Notes: generated from the sequence alone by a model not told the origin. DNA of 64,000 nucleotides from Paracoccaceae bacterium (GCA_046292785.1 JBKBQB010000006.1:30530-94529); one strand, 5' to 3'; positions 18,670 through 27,926 are shown, counted from the stretch's first letter. Program-made: numbers and translations.

Positions 18670-19428
18670 ATGTTCGGAATAGACCTGATCGACGCCGCAC
18701 TGTTGCCGGCCATGCTGATCGCGCTGGCCGCCGGGGTGCTGTCGTTCCTGTCGCCCTGTGTCCTGCCGATCGTGCCGCCCTACCTCGCCTATATGGGCGG
18801 CATCTCGATGGGCGACATGCGCGACAATGCCATCGCGCGCCGCCGGGTCATCATTCCTGCTCTGTTCTTTGTGATGGGCCTGTCCACTGTCTTTCTGCTG
18901 CTTGGTTTCACCGCTTCGATCTTCGGTGCGTTCTTTCTGCAAAATCAGGTGCTTTTTTCGCGCATCTCTGGCGTTGTGGTCATCATCTTTGGTCTTCACT
19001 TCCTTGGCGTGTTCCGTATTCCGCTGCTGGACCGCGAAGCGCGGCTGGATGCGGGTGACCGGGCCGGCACGGCGTTTGGCGCCTATGTTCTCGGCCTTGC
19101 CTTCGCTTTCGGCTGGACCCCCTGTATCGGCCCGCAACTGGGTGCAATCCTGTCTCTGGCGGCGCAAGAAGGGTCTGTCCAGCGCGGCACCCTGTTGCTT
19201 GCCGTCTACGCGCTTGGCCTTGGCCTGCCTTTTCTTCTGGCGGCGCTGTTTGTCGAGCGCTCGCTTGGCCTGATGCAACGCCTGAAACCGCACATGAAGG
19301 CGATAGAGCGGGTGATGGGCATCCTTTTGCTGGTGGTCGGTCTGGCGCTGGTGACCGGGGCCTTCACCGATTTCAGCTGGTGGCTGCTGGAAACCTTTGA
19401 CAGCTTGGGTATCCCGCTGCTGGGCTGA
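18670..19428 (+). CDS. ccdA: cytochrome c biogenesis thiol-disulfide transporter CcdA (DsbD family)
   Basis: SFLSPCVLPIVPPYL and GWTPCIGP motifs, 6 TM segments. Confidence 0.85.
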   Translation: MFGIDLIDAALLPAMLIALAAGVLSFLSPCVLPIVPPYLAYMGGISMGDMRDNAIARRRVIIPALFFVMGLSTVFLLLGFTASIFGAFFLQNQVLFSRISGVVVIIFGLHFLGVFRIPLLDREARLDAGDRAGTAFGAYVLGLAFAFGWTPCIGPQLGAILSLAAQEGSVQRGTLLLAVYALGLGLPFLLAALFVERSLGLMQRLKPHMKAIERVMGILLLVVGLALVTGAFTDFSWWLLETFDSLGIPLLG

Positions 19429-19433
19429 CCTCT

Positions 19434-19463
19434 TTCCCCTTATTTCTGCCCGAAACTCCCCCT
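19434..19463 (-). repeat. member of a dispersed short motif family (GGAGTTTCGGGCAGAAATAAGG on - strand)
   Basis: Similar by eye to copies at 22064, 29718, 46547 and 59326. Confidence 0.25.
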
Positions 19464-19487
19464 AGACTGGAGCGAACAGGAGGGTGG

Positions 19488-20720
19488 ATGGCCAAAGTCG
19501 AGACCATGAAGACCGACACAGCGGCGCAGGGCACAAAGCCCTTTTGCCGCCGCGTGTTCTATATTCCCGGCTATGACCCGATCCACCCCCGGCGATACCG
19601 CGAGCTTTATCGCAAGGAATCCGCTGATCAGGCCGCGATCTCTGGATATCAGGTCGCCCTGCAACCCAGATCCACCAAAGGCCCCTACGGCTGGCGTGTC
19701 CACACCACGATCAACGGACAAGAGGCACATGCGGATATCGAGGTGCTGGTCTGGTCCGATATCGTGCGCGGCAGCATGTCAAATTCCATCCCTGCCACCT
19801 ATGGCCAGCTTGTGCGCACCGCATGGGCCTATATCGGTTCCGGCGCGCTGTTCCGGCTGATGCGGCTGCGCAAGGGGCCGGTGCTTGCGGCGCTCTACCC
19901 CATCGTGTTTTTGCTGGGCCAACTGGCACTTGCTGGTGCGATCGGCTGGGGGGTCGGCAGGCTGGTCGCGGCCTTTACCCATCCAGCGATGATCGTGACC
20001 GGGTTGTTCCCGATCCCTTTCATCCTGCGCTGGTTCAAGTCAAAGGATAACAAGGTCTTCGCCTATTACCTGATGCATGATTACGCTTTCTCGGCCCGCT
20101 GGAACGGTGCCAATCCCCCGGCGCTGGAGTCGCGGATGGCAGACTTTGCCACCACTATCCGTTCGGCGCTGGCCACTGACTGCGACGAGGTGCTGGTGGT
20201 CGGCCATTCCTCCGGCGCGCATCTGGCGGTGTCGGTCCTGTCTGACATGATCCGCGCCGGGTTGCCGGTGGACCATCCCCCGCTGGCCTTGCTCACCTTG
20301 GGGCAAGTGGTGCCGATGGTCAGCTTTCTGCCAGGCGCCACGCGTCTGCGCGCGGATCTGGCTTATCTCTCGACCCGCACCGACATTGCATGGGTAGATG
20401 TCACCGCCCCCGGCGACGGCTGCGCCTTTGCGCTGTGCGACCCCGTCGCCGTTTCCGGCGTCGCCCCACAGGGCCAACGCTGGCCGCTGGTGCTGTCTGC
20501 CGCCTTCACGCAAACCCTGTCGCCCCAGACTTGGAAGGCATTGCGCTGGCGGTTTTTCCGGCTCCATTTCCAGTATCTGTGTGCTTTTGACCGGCCACGC
20601 GACTATGATTATTTCCAGATCACCGCCGGGCCACTCACGCTTGCCAAGCGCTACGCGGGCCGCGCCCCGTCAAAAAGCCGGATCACCCGGTCCGTCAACC
20701 GCTACACCGATACGGCATGA
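19488..20720 (+). CDS. uncharacterised membrane protein with alpha/beta-hydrolase-like GHSxG motif
   Basis: Central hydrophobic segments (LYPIVFLLGQLALAGAIGWGV; MIVTGLFPIPFIL) and VVGHSSGAHLA nucleophile-elbow-like motif; stop overlaps the P450 start (ATGA at 20717-20720). Confidence 0.6.
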   Translation: MAKVETMKTDTAAQGTKPFCRRVFYIPGYDPIHPRRYRELYRKESADQAAISGYQVALQPRSTKGPYGWRVHTTINGQEAHADIEVLVWSDIVRGSMSNSIPATYGQLVRTAWAYIGSGALFRLMRLRKGPVLAALYPIVFLLGQLALAGAIGWGVGRLVAAFTHPAMIVTGLFPIPFILRWFKSKDNKVFAYYLMHDYAFSARWNGANPPALESRMADFATTIRSALATDCDEVLVVGHSSGAHLAVSVLSDMIRAGLPVDHPPLALLTLGQVVPMVSFLPGATRLRADLAYLSTRTDIAWVDVTAPGDGCAFALCDPVAVSGVAPQGQRWPLVLSAAFTQTLSPQTWKALRWRFFRLHFQYLCAFDRPRDYDYFQITAGPLTLAKRYAGRAPSKSRITRSVNRYTDTA

Positions 20721-22063
20721 CCCCGCCCAAACCCACCCCACGCCCAGACCGTGTGTCGCTATGGCGTTATCTGCGCCTGTTCCGGCACGATATCCTGTCG
20801 GCGCAGCCGGCGCGGCTCTACCGCGCATGGATGGCCGAGTTCCGCACACCGTTCTTCCGCAGTTACATGTGCAATGACCCGCACCTCATTGAGCTGGTGC
20901 TGAAATCCCGCCCCGATGATTTCCCGAAATCCAACCGCATCCGCGAAGGGCTGAACCCGCTGCTTGGCAACTCGGTCTTTGTGACAAATGGAGAGGTGTG
21001 GAAACGCCAACGCCGCATCATCGACCCCGCGTTCGAGGGCGGCCGGTTGCGCGACACCTTCCCCGCGATGTGGCAGGCGGCCGAGGCCACCACCGCCCGC
21101 CTGAGCGAAGGCACAGTCGAGGTGGAGGAGGAAATGAGCCACGCCGCCGCCGATGTGATCTTCCGCACGCTGTTCTCGATCCCGATCGAACACCAGACCG
21201 CGCAGGCGGTGTTCCATGAATTCCGCGCCTATCAGCGCACCCAGCCGATCCTGAACCTTGCCGCCTTTTTGCCGCTGCCGCGCTGGTTCCCCCGGATGCA
21301 CCGCCGCGCCACGCTGCAATCGGCAGCGAAAATCCGCGCGCTGATCACCGCCATGACCACCGCCCGCGCCTCCGAGATAGCGCAAGGCACCGCGCCCGAT
21401 GATCTGGCCACCAAGATCATGCAGACCGCCGACCCGCACACCGGCGAGACCTTCAACACCGAAGAAATGGTGGATCAGGTCGCGATCTTTTTTCTTGCCG
21501 GGCACGAGACCAGCGCCTCTGCCCTCGCCTGGGCGCTTTACCTGTTGGCAACCCACCCCGAGGCGCAGGCCCGCGTCGCGGCCGAGGCCGCCAGCCTGCC
21601 CGACAGCCCCGATTTCGCCGCGATGTCGCGACTGAAATTCACACGCGACGTGTTCCGCGAAACCCTGCGGCTTTACCCGCCGGTGCCGATGATGGTGCGC
21701 GAAAACACCTGTCCCGAAACCTTCCGCGACCGGCCTGTGGCCCCAGGCGCCCAGATTGTGCTTTCGCCCTGGCACCTGCACCGGCACGAACGGCTATGGA
21801 CCAATCCTGACGGGTTCGATCCTGACCGTTGGTCACGCGATGACAACAAGACCTGCGCCCGCGATGCCTATCTGCCGTTTTCAGCAGGCCCGCGCGTTTG
21901 CACGGGTGCAGGCTTTGCGATGGTCGAAGGCCCGCTTCTGCTGGCCCATCTGATCCGTGGCTGGCAGGTCGACGCCCTCGAAAATGACATCCCCGTTCCT
22001 GTCGCCCATCTTACCGTGCGCGCCGCAAACGGCATTCGCCTGCGCCTTACAAAACGCGGCTAG
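20717..22063 (+). CDS. cytochrome P450
   Basis: I-helix FLAGHETS, ExxR (ETLRLYPP), heme loop FSAGPRVCTGAGFA. Confidence 0.9.
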   Translation: MTPPKPTPRPDRVSLWRYLRLFRHDILSAQPARLYRAWMAEFRTPFFRSYMCNDPHLIELVLKSRPDDFPKSNRIREGLNPLLGNSVFVTNGEVWKRQRRIIDPAFEGGRLRDTFPAMWQAAEATTARLSEGTVEVEEEMSHAAADVIFRTLFSIPIEHQTAQAVFHEFRAYQRTQPILNLAAFLPLPRWFPRMHRRATLQSAAKIRALITAMTTARASEIAQGTAPDDLATKIMQTADPHTGETFNTEEMVDQVAIFFLAGHETSASALAWALYLLATHPEAQARVAAEAASLPDSPDFAAMSRLKFTRDVFRETLRLYPPVPMMVRENTCPETFRDRPVAPGAQIVLSPWHLHRHERLWTNPDGFDPDRWSRDDNKTCARDAYLPFSAGPRVCTGAGFAMVEGPLLLAHLIRGWQVDALENDIPVPVAHLTVRAANGIRLRLTKRG

Positions 22064-22093
22064 CCTTCATTTTGGCAAAAGCAGTTTTTCGGG
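22064..22093 (-). repeat. member of the dispersed short motif family (TTTTGCCAAAATGAAGG on - strand)
   Basis: Starts immediately after the P450 stop; resembles 59326-59349. Confidence 0.25.
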
Positions 22094-22160
22094 CGGGCGC
22101 AGCAACGGGGTTACGCAGCCCCTTTGTGAATTCAAGCGACCGGCGCATCCTTGCAGGAGA

Positions 22161-22400
22161 TCAAACAATCTCGACGCGGTAGGATTCGATCACCGTATTG
22201 GCCAACAGCTTCTCGCACATGGCCTTCACCTCGGTCTCGGCCTTGTGTGCATCACTCTCGGCCAGTTCCAGCTCGATCACCTTGCCCTGACGCACACCCT
22301 CGACGCCTGCAAACCCCAGTGTGCCAAGCGCGTGACGCACGGCTTCACCCTGCACATCCAGAACGCCGGTCTTCAACATGACGGTGACGCGGGCTTTCAT
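22161..22400 (-). CDS. purS: phosphoribosylformylglycinamidine synthase subunit PurS
   Basis: 79 aa, MKARVTVMLKTGVLDVQGEAV... typical PurS. Confidence 0.9.
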   Translation of the reverse strand: MKARVTVMLKTGVLDVQGEAVRHALGTLGFAGVEGVRQGKVIELELAESDAHKAETEVKAMCEKLLANTVIESYRVEIV

Positions 22401-22519
22401 GGCAATTCCTCGATGGCTGATCAGATTGTGACCTTCCCTTACCGCCCCCTCCCCTTCGGAGCAAGAGGGCGTGCAGGGGTCAGCACGTGCAAGCCTGCCC
22501 GGCGTTGCACCGGGCTTAG

Positions 22520-23290
22520 CTAATTGATCAGCGTCGGCTTGGTCGTATGGGTGACATTGGTCGGCAAAACCCCCAGACGGCGCGCAAGCTCGGTATAAAC
22601 ATCCACCATCGGCCCCGGCTCGGCCACCGGCTGCCCGTCACCACGGTCGATCACGGGGCGCATGTCCCACAGCCGGCAATTGTCGGGGCTGATCTCATCT
22701 GCGATGATCAGGCGCATGAAATCGCCCTCCCAGACCCGGCCAACCTCGATCCGGAAATCAGCGAGGCGCACGCCCACGCCCATCATCACGCCCGACAGGA
22801 AGTCATTCACCCGCAAGGCAAGAGCCACGACATCATCCAGATCCTGCTGGCTGGCCCAGCCAAAGGCAACGATATGCTCTTCCGCCACCATGGGTGACGA
22901 CAGCCGATCGTCCTTGTAGTAATACTCCACGATCGGGCGTGGCAGCGCCGTGCCCTCTGGGATTCCAAGCTTTGACGAAAGCTCCCCCGCAGCGAAATTG
23001 CGCACCACCACTTCCAGCGGCAGGATCTCGGCCATGCGCACCAGTTGTTCGCGCATGTTCAGTCGCTTGATGAAATGCGTCGGCACGCCGATGCTGTTCA
23101 GCCCGGTCATGAAGAATTCTGACAGGCGGTTGTTCAGCACGCCCTTGCCTTCGGTGCCCTTGGCCTCGCTGGTGACAGGTGCCTCGGACGAGATCCCTTC
23201 ATCCTTGAAATACTGGATCAAAGTGCCGGGTTCCGGACCGTCATAGAGGATCTTCGTCTTGCCCTCATAGACCTTCTTGCGCCGTGCCAT
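22520..23290 (-). CDS. purC: phosphoribosylaminoimidazole-succinocarboxamide synthase
   Basis: KVYEGKTKILY start, LPLEVVVRN, full-length SAICAR synthetase pattern. Confidence 0.9.
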   Translation of the reverse strand: MARRKKVYEGKTKILYDGPEPGTLIQYFKDEGISSEAPVTSEAKGTEGKGVLNNRLSEFFMTGLNSIGVPTHFIKRLNMREQLVRMAEILPLEVVVRNFAAGELSSKLGIPEGTALPRPIVEYYYKDDRLSSPMVAEEHIVAFGWASQQDLDDVVALALRVNDFLSGVMMGVGVRLADFRIEVGRVWEGDFMRLIIADEISPDNCRLWDMRPVIDRGDGQPVAEPGPMVDVYTELARRLGVLPTNVTHTTKPTLIN

Positions 23291-23476
23291 GAACTCTCCG
23301 CGACAAATGCAGGCAGGGGCGGTGAAGCACCGCCCCGGCTGACTTTGTCAGGCGTCTACAGCATGCCGGCGTCCCCTGCAAGGGACCGGCCGGGCGGAAA
23401 TGGTCATCCGCCTCTTGCGGCGACGCGGCGTGAAGGGCATACCAGACCCAGCACAGTTCAACCAAGGGGCCTTGCC

Positions 23477-23791
23477 ATGTCCACCTTCGACGACCGCGAA
23501 AACGCCTTTGAAAACAAGTTTGCCCATGACGCCGAAATGCAGTTCCGCGCCGAGGCCCGCCGCAACAAGCTGGTCGGCCTGTGGGCTGCCGGTTTGTTGG
23601 GCAAAACCGGCGACGAGGCATCCGCCTATGCGATGACCGTTGTGGAAGCCGACTTCGAAGAAGCCGGGATAGAGGATGTGGTGCGCAAGGTTGCCGCTGA
23701 CCTGGCAGGAAAATCCAGCACGGATGAGATAAGGGCCAAGATGTCCGAAATGCTGATCCTTGCGAAATCCCAGCTGATGACCGAAATCTGA
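23477..23791 (+). CDS. ATPase inhibitor subunit zeta (DUF1476)
   Basis: MSTFDDRENAFENKFAHDAEMQFRAEARRNKLVGLWAAGLLGKTGDEA... closely resembles the Paracoccus denitrificans zeta subunit as I recall it; the upstream part of ORF 23345-23791 is discarded. Confidence 0.85.
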   Translation: MSTFDDRENAFENKFAHDAEMQFRAEARRNKLVGLWAAGLLGKTGDEASAYAMTVVEADFEEAGIEDVVRKVAADLAGKSSTDEIRAKMSEMLILAKSQLMTEI

Positions 23792-23814
23792 GGCCCTGAC
23801 CTTCGGCACGGCAC

Positions 23815-23841
23815 AAAGCCGCTCCATCAGGGGCGGCTTTT
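23815..23841 (+). terminator. intrinsic terminator after the zeta gene
   Basis: AAAGCCGC / GCGGCTTT stem followed by TTT. Confidence 0.6.
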
Positions 23842-23924
23842 GCACGAGGATGGCTAGGAAATGGGTTTGCCTCTGCGCCCCGGTTCTGGCATTGCCTGTC
23901 AAAGGTCAAATAGCCGAGGTCAAG

Positions 23925-24941
23925 ATGTCACAAGATGCCCTTTCCAAGCTTCTCGCCACCCGTGACTGGCTGATGGCCGATGGCGCAACCGGGACCAACC
24001 TGTTCAACATGGGACTGTCCTCGGGCGAGCCGCCGGAATTCTGGAACGTCGAGCAGCCGGACAACATTCGCAAACTTTATCGCGGCGCGGTCGAGTCCGG
24101 CTCGGACATCTTTCTTACCAACACCTTCGGCGGCAATGCCAGCCGATTGAAGCTGCATCAGGCGCAGACCCGCGTGCACGAGTTGAATCGCGTCGGTGCG
24201 TCGCTGGCACGCGAGATTGCCGATGCGTCGGGCCGCACCGTGGTTGTCGCAGGCTCCGTCGGTCCGACGGGTGAGATTTTCGAACCCATGGGCACACTGA
24301 CCCATGCGCTTGCGGTCGAGATGTTCCATGAACAGGCCGAAGGGTTGAAGGCAGGCGGAGCCGATGTGCTCTGGGTGGAAACCATCAGCGCGCCCGAAGA
24401 ATACAAGGCCGCAGCCGAAGCGGCGGCCCTTGCCGGGATGCCGTGGTGTGGCACGATGAGTTTTGACACTGCCGGCCGCACGATGATGGGCACCACTTCG
24501 GCCGCGATGGCAGAGATGGTCGAAAAGCTTGCCAACCCGCCGTTGGCCTTTGGCGCAAACTGCGGCGTGGGCGCGTCTGATTTGATGCGCACCGTGCTGG
24601 GCTTTGTCTCTACCGGCAACGAGCGCCCGATCATTGCCAAGGGCAATGCGGGCATCCCGAAATATCACGAAGGGCACATCCATTATGATGGCACCCCGGA
24701 ATTGATGGGCGAATATGCCGTGCTTGCGCGTGACGCGGGTGCGCGCATTATCGGCGGGTGCTGCGGCACCATGCCCGACCACCTGAAAGCCATGCGCGCT
24801 GCACTGGAAAACACACCAAAGGGCTCACGCCCGACGCTGGAGGATATTTCGGCCAAACTGGGTGGGTTTTCCTCGGCCTCGGACGGCACCGGCGACACGT
24901 CGAACGACCCCAAGCGCGAACGCCGCAACCGCCGGGGCTAA
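23925..24941 (+). CDS. homocysteine S-methyltransferase domain protein (stand-alone MetH Hcy-binding module or betaine-homocysteine methyltransferase)
   Basis: LMADGATGTNLF, TNTFGGN, Zn-site IIGGCCGT; no pterin-binding, B12 or AdoMet domains in the same ORF. Confidence 0.85.
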   Translation: MSQDALSKLLATRDWLMADGATGTNLFNMGLSSGEPPEFWNVEQPDNIRKLYRGAVESGSDIFLTNTFGGNASRLKLHQAQTRVHELNRVGASLAREIADASGRTVVVAGSVGPTGEIFEPMGTLTHALAVEMFHEQAEGLKAGGADVLWVETISAPEEYKAAAEAAALAGMPWCGTMSFDTAGRTMMGTTSAAMAEMVEKLANPPLAFGANCGVGASDLMRTVLGFVSTGNERPIIAKGNAGIPKYHEGHIHYDGTPELMGEYAVLARDAGARIIGGCCGTMPDHLKAMRAALENTPKGSRPTLEDISAKLGGFSSASDGTGDTSNDPKRERRNRRG

Positions 24942-25000
24942 GACATTCTTTCTGCGATGACCCGGCAGGGACGATCATTGTGCGAAAGATCACGGCGTGT

Positions 25001-25047
25001 CAGGTTTTCGCAGAAAACCTGATCATTTGACTTTTCGCAGAAAAGTC
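25001..25047. terminator. twin hairpins between convergent genes
   Basis: CAGGTTTTC-GCA-GAAAACCTG (25001-25021) and GACTTTTC-GCA-GAAAAGTC (25029-25047) share the core TTTTCGCAGAAAA. Confidence 0.5.
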
Positions 25048-25054
25048 GTGCCGC

Positions 25055-26143
25055 TTAAAATAATGTCAATTGATCGCCGGACCGTTCGGGTGGTCGAAAA
25101 AGATCACAGCGCAGCGGCGGCATTGCCTTCGCCAGCCCCAACCGGGCCGACGCCTTGTCAAACCGCTGCGCAATCAGATCGGCCCAGACCCCCTCGCCCC
25201 GCATCCGCCGCCCCCAATGCGCGTCATAATCCTGACCGCCATGCATCTCGCGCACCCGCGCCATGACCTTCGCAGCCCGGTCCGGCACATGACGGGCCAG
25301 CCAGTCTTGAAACAGCGGCGACACCTCGCGTGGCAGGCGTAACGCGATCCAGCTTGCGGCCTGCGCCCCGGCGTCGCGACAGGCTGTCAAAATATGGTCC
25401 AGCTCCATGTCGGTCAGTCCCGGAATGACCGGCGCAACCATCACCCGCACGGGGATGCCCGCATCGGACAATCGACGGATCATCTGCAATCGCCGCGTCG
25501 GCGCGGGCGCGCGTGGCTCCAGCCGCCGCGACAGGCCACCTTCAAGCGTGGTCACCGAAATGCCGACCCGCAGCAGCCCCTCGGCCGCCATGGGTGCCAG
25601 AATGTCGATATCACGTTCCACCAGCGTGCCTTTGGTGGTGATCGCGGTGGGATGGTTGAAATCAGACAGCACCTGCAGAACTTGCCGCATCAGCAAGTGC
25701 TCTGCCTCGCAGGGTTGATAAGGATCAGTGTTGGTGCCCAAAGCCACCGGCGCCACCCGATAGGACCTGGCACGCAATTCCCCCGCAAGAACATCGGCAA
25801 TGCCGGGCTTTGCGATCAGCCTGGTTTCGAAATCCAGCCCCGGAGACAGGTTCAGATAGGCATGGCTTGGCCGGGCAAAACAGTAGATGCACCCATGCTC
25901 GCACCCCCGGTATGGATTGACCGACCGATCAAACGGCAGATCGGGCGAGCGGTTGTAGCACAGGGCCGAGCGTGGACGCTCCAGCGCCAGCTCTGTGCGC
26001 AGCAAATGGTCGTCTTCGGCAATATCCCAACCATCATCCATGCGCGCACGCGTCTGTGCTTCAAATCGCCCGACAGTGTTGGACGCGGCCCCGCGCGCCC
26101 GCAAACGTTGGCCCGGCGGCACTGTAGGATCGGGCTCTGACAT
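25055..26143 (-). CDS. PA0069-type radical SAM protein
   Basis: CX3CX2C cluster in PYRGCEHGCIYCF; ATG 26143 (MSEPDPT) chosen. Confidence 0.85.
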   Translation of the reverse strand: MSEPDPTVPPGQRLRARGAASNTVGRFEAQTRARMDDGWDIAEDDHLLRTELALERPRSALCYNRSPDLPFDRSVNPYRGCEHGCIYCFARPSHAYLNLSPGLDFETRLIAKPGIADVLAGELRARSYRVAPVALGTNTDPYQPCEAEHLLMRQVLQVLSDFNHPTAITTKGTLVERDIDILAPMAAEGLLRVGISVTTLEGGLSRRLEPRAPAPTRRLQMIRRLSDAGIPVRVMVAPVIPGLTDMELDHILTACRDAGAQAASWIALRLPREVSPLFQDWLARHVPDRAAKVMARVREMHGGQDYDAHWGRRMRGEGVWADLIAQRFDKASARLGLAKAMPPLRCDLFRPPERSGDQLTLF

Positions 26144-26303
26144 GGCGGTGAATATGAACATAACAAGAACGGAATGCAAGGGCGCGATGCAAAGGCCATC
26201 TTGCTGTCGGCTTTCATTCCGGGCATGTCGTAAACCGGAAAGTTGCAGGGACCATTTGGCCGCATGCACACTTCAAGACACCCCGCCGCAGGAGCGCACC
26301 CCA

Positions 26304-26999
26304 ATGGCCGATGACGAAATCATCCTTTCTGAACTTTCGGATGAAGAACTTGTGCTGCAAATGCACGACGACCTTTACGACGGCCTGAAAGAAGAGATCG
26401 AGGATGGCGTGAACATCCTGATCGCACGCGGGTGGACTCCCTATGACGTGCTGACCAAGGCATTGGTGGCGGGCATGACCATTGTGGGCAATGATTTCCG
26501 TGATGGCATCCTGTTCGTGCCCGAGGTGCTGCTGTCTGCCAATGCGATGAAATCGGGCATGTTCATCCTCAAGCCGCTTTTGGTGGAAACCGGCGCGCCG
26601 CGCATGGGCAAGATGGTGATCGGCACGGTGAAGGGCGATATCCATGACATCGGCAAGAACCTCGTCGCCATGATGATGGAAGGCGCGGGCTTTGAAGTGC
26701 TGGATCTGGGCATCAACAACTCGGTCGAGAAATACCTTGATGCGCTGGAGGCGGAAAAGCCCGATATCCTTGGTATGTCCGCCCTGCTGACGACCACGAT
26801 GCCCTATATGAAGGTCGTGATCGACACGATGAAGGAAAAGGGCCTGCGCGACGATTACATCGTGCTGGTGGGCGGCGCGCCGCTGAACGAGGAGTTTGGC
26901 CGCGCCATCGGGGCCGACGCCTATTGCCGCGATGCTGCGGTGGCTGTGGAAACCGCCAAGGCCTGGGTCGCGCGCAAACACAACCAACTGAGCGCATAA
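26304..26999 (+). CDS. corrinoid (cobalamin)-binding protein, B12-cap + B12-binding domain
   Basis: DxHxxG in GTVKGDIHDIGKN, downstream SALLTTT and GGAP motifs as in the MetH B12 domain; the upstream part of ORF 25995-26999 is discarded. Confidence 0.85.
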   Translation: MADDEIILSELSDEELVLQMHDDLYDGLKEEIEDGVNILIARGWTPYDVLTKALVAGMTIVGNDFRDGILFVPEVLLSANAMKSGMFILKPLLVETGAPRMGKMVIGTVKGDIHDIGKNLVAMMMEGAGFEVLDLGINNSVEKYLDALEAEKPDILGMSALLTTTMPYMKVVIDTMKEKGLRDDYIVLVGGAPLNEEFGRAIGADAYCRDAAVAVETAKAWVARKHNQLSA

Positions 27000-27117
27000 T
27001 CGCGCAATGCAGACAAGAAGTCCGGGTGTCTTTCGGCACCTTGGGCTTTTTGTTGGATTGCGGGCTTCACATTTCTGCAATGAGGGACCACATTCTACTC
27101 AGGAAAAGGAGTATCGA

Positions 27118-27273
27118 ATGCCCCTCCCCCTGTTTTTGGCGATGCTCGCCATTGTGATAATCGCCGCTGGCGCAACCATTGCGCTGGCCTTTTGGGTGCA
27201 GCTTCCCATTCTGGCGATCGTGCTGGTTGGCCTTACCGGCAGCCTCATGCTCGGGTTGCGTCAGTGGCGCTGA
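27118..27273 (+). CDS. 51-codon predicted two-TM micro-protein
   Basis: Strong RBS AAAAGGAG 7 nt before the ATG; hydrophobic MPLPLFLAMLAIVIIAAGATIALAFWVQLPILAIVLVGLTGSLMLGL; its stop overlaps the putative GTG start of the next gene. Confidence 0.45.
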   Translation: MPLPLFLAMLAIVIIAAGATIALAFWVQLPILAIVLVGLTGSLMLGLRQWR

Positions 27274-27926
27274 CGCCACCTGACGACACCACTCTGACCC
27301 TTGATGGACTTTCGCCCACCGGGGCTGGCCGGGTCTTGCTGATCGCCTGCGGTGCGCTGGCACATGAGGTTCTGACGCTGACGCGGCTGAACCAGTGGTC
27401 ACATATTGATTTGCAATGCCTGCCGGCCAATCTGCATCTCTGGCCCGACCGAATCCCGGCCGCCGTAGAACAAGCGGTGATCACCCACCGCGCTGCCTAT
27501 GACGACATCTTCATCGTCTATGCCGATTGCGGCACCGGCGGCCTGCTACAGGCGAAATGCGCTGCATTGGGGGTGCAAATGGTCGAAGGCCCCCATTGCT
27601 ACAGCTTTTTTGAAGGCAACGCCGCCTTTGCCGCCAAAGCCGACGAAGAGTTCACCGCCTTTTACCTGACCGATTTTCTGGTGCGCCAATTCGATGCGTT
27701 TGTGTGGCGGCCCATGGGTCTGGACCGTCACCCGGACCTGCGCGACATGTATTTCGGGAATTACACGAAACTGATCTATCAGGCACAAACCAATGATCCC
27801 GCGCTGGACGCCAAGGCCGCAGCTTGCGCCGCCCGGCTGAACCTTGCCTATGAGCGGCGCTTTACCGGCTATGGCGATCTTGCCACCGCTTTGGCAGAGG
27901 TTGCGGGCGCACCAGCCACCCCGTAA
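27264..27926 (+). CDS. DUF1638 domain protein
   Basis: VLLIACGALAHEV...IFIVYADCGTGG...HCY pattern I associate with DUF1638; start uncertain (ORF opens at 27192; GTG 27264 avoids overlap with the micro-ORF). Confidence 0.65.
   Translation: MALTPPDDTTLTLDGLSPTGAGRVLLIACGALAHEVLTLTRLNQWSHIDLQCLPANLHLWPDRIPAAVEQAVITHRAAYDDIFIVYADCGTGGLLQAKCAALGVQMVEGPHCYSFFEGNAAFAAKADEEFTAFYLTDFLVRQFDAFVWRPMGLDRHPDLRDMYFGNYTKLIYQAQTNDPALDAKAAACAARLNLAYERRFTGYGDLATALAEVAGAPATP

Noticed and set aside
26144-26303. Riboswitch (cobalamin, SAM-II or similar) in the 160-nt region before the corrinoid-protein gene, and at 23842-23924 before the Hcy-methyltransferase gene
   Set aside because: I can draw a weak nested stem (GGAATG...CATTCC with CAAG/CTTG). 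I could not recognise a B12 box or the SAM-II/SAM-V pseudoknot consensus by eye. A cmsearch would be needed before any claim.
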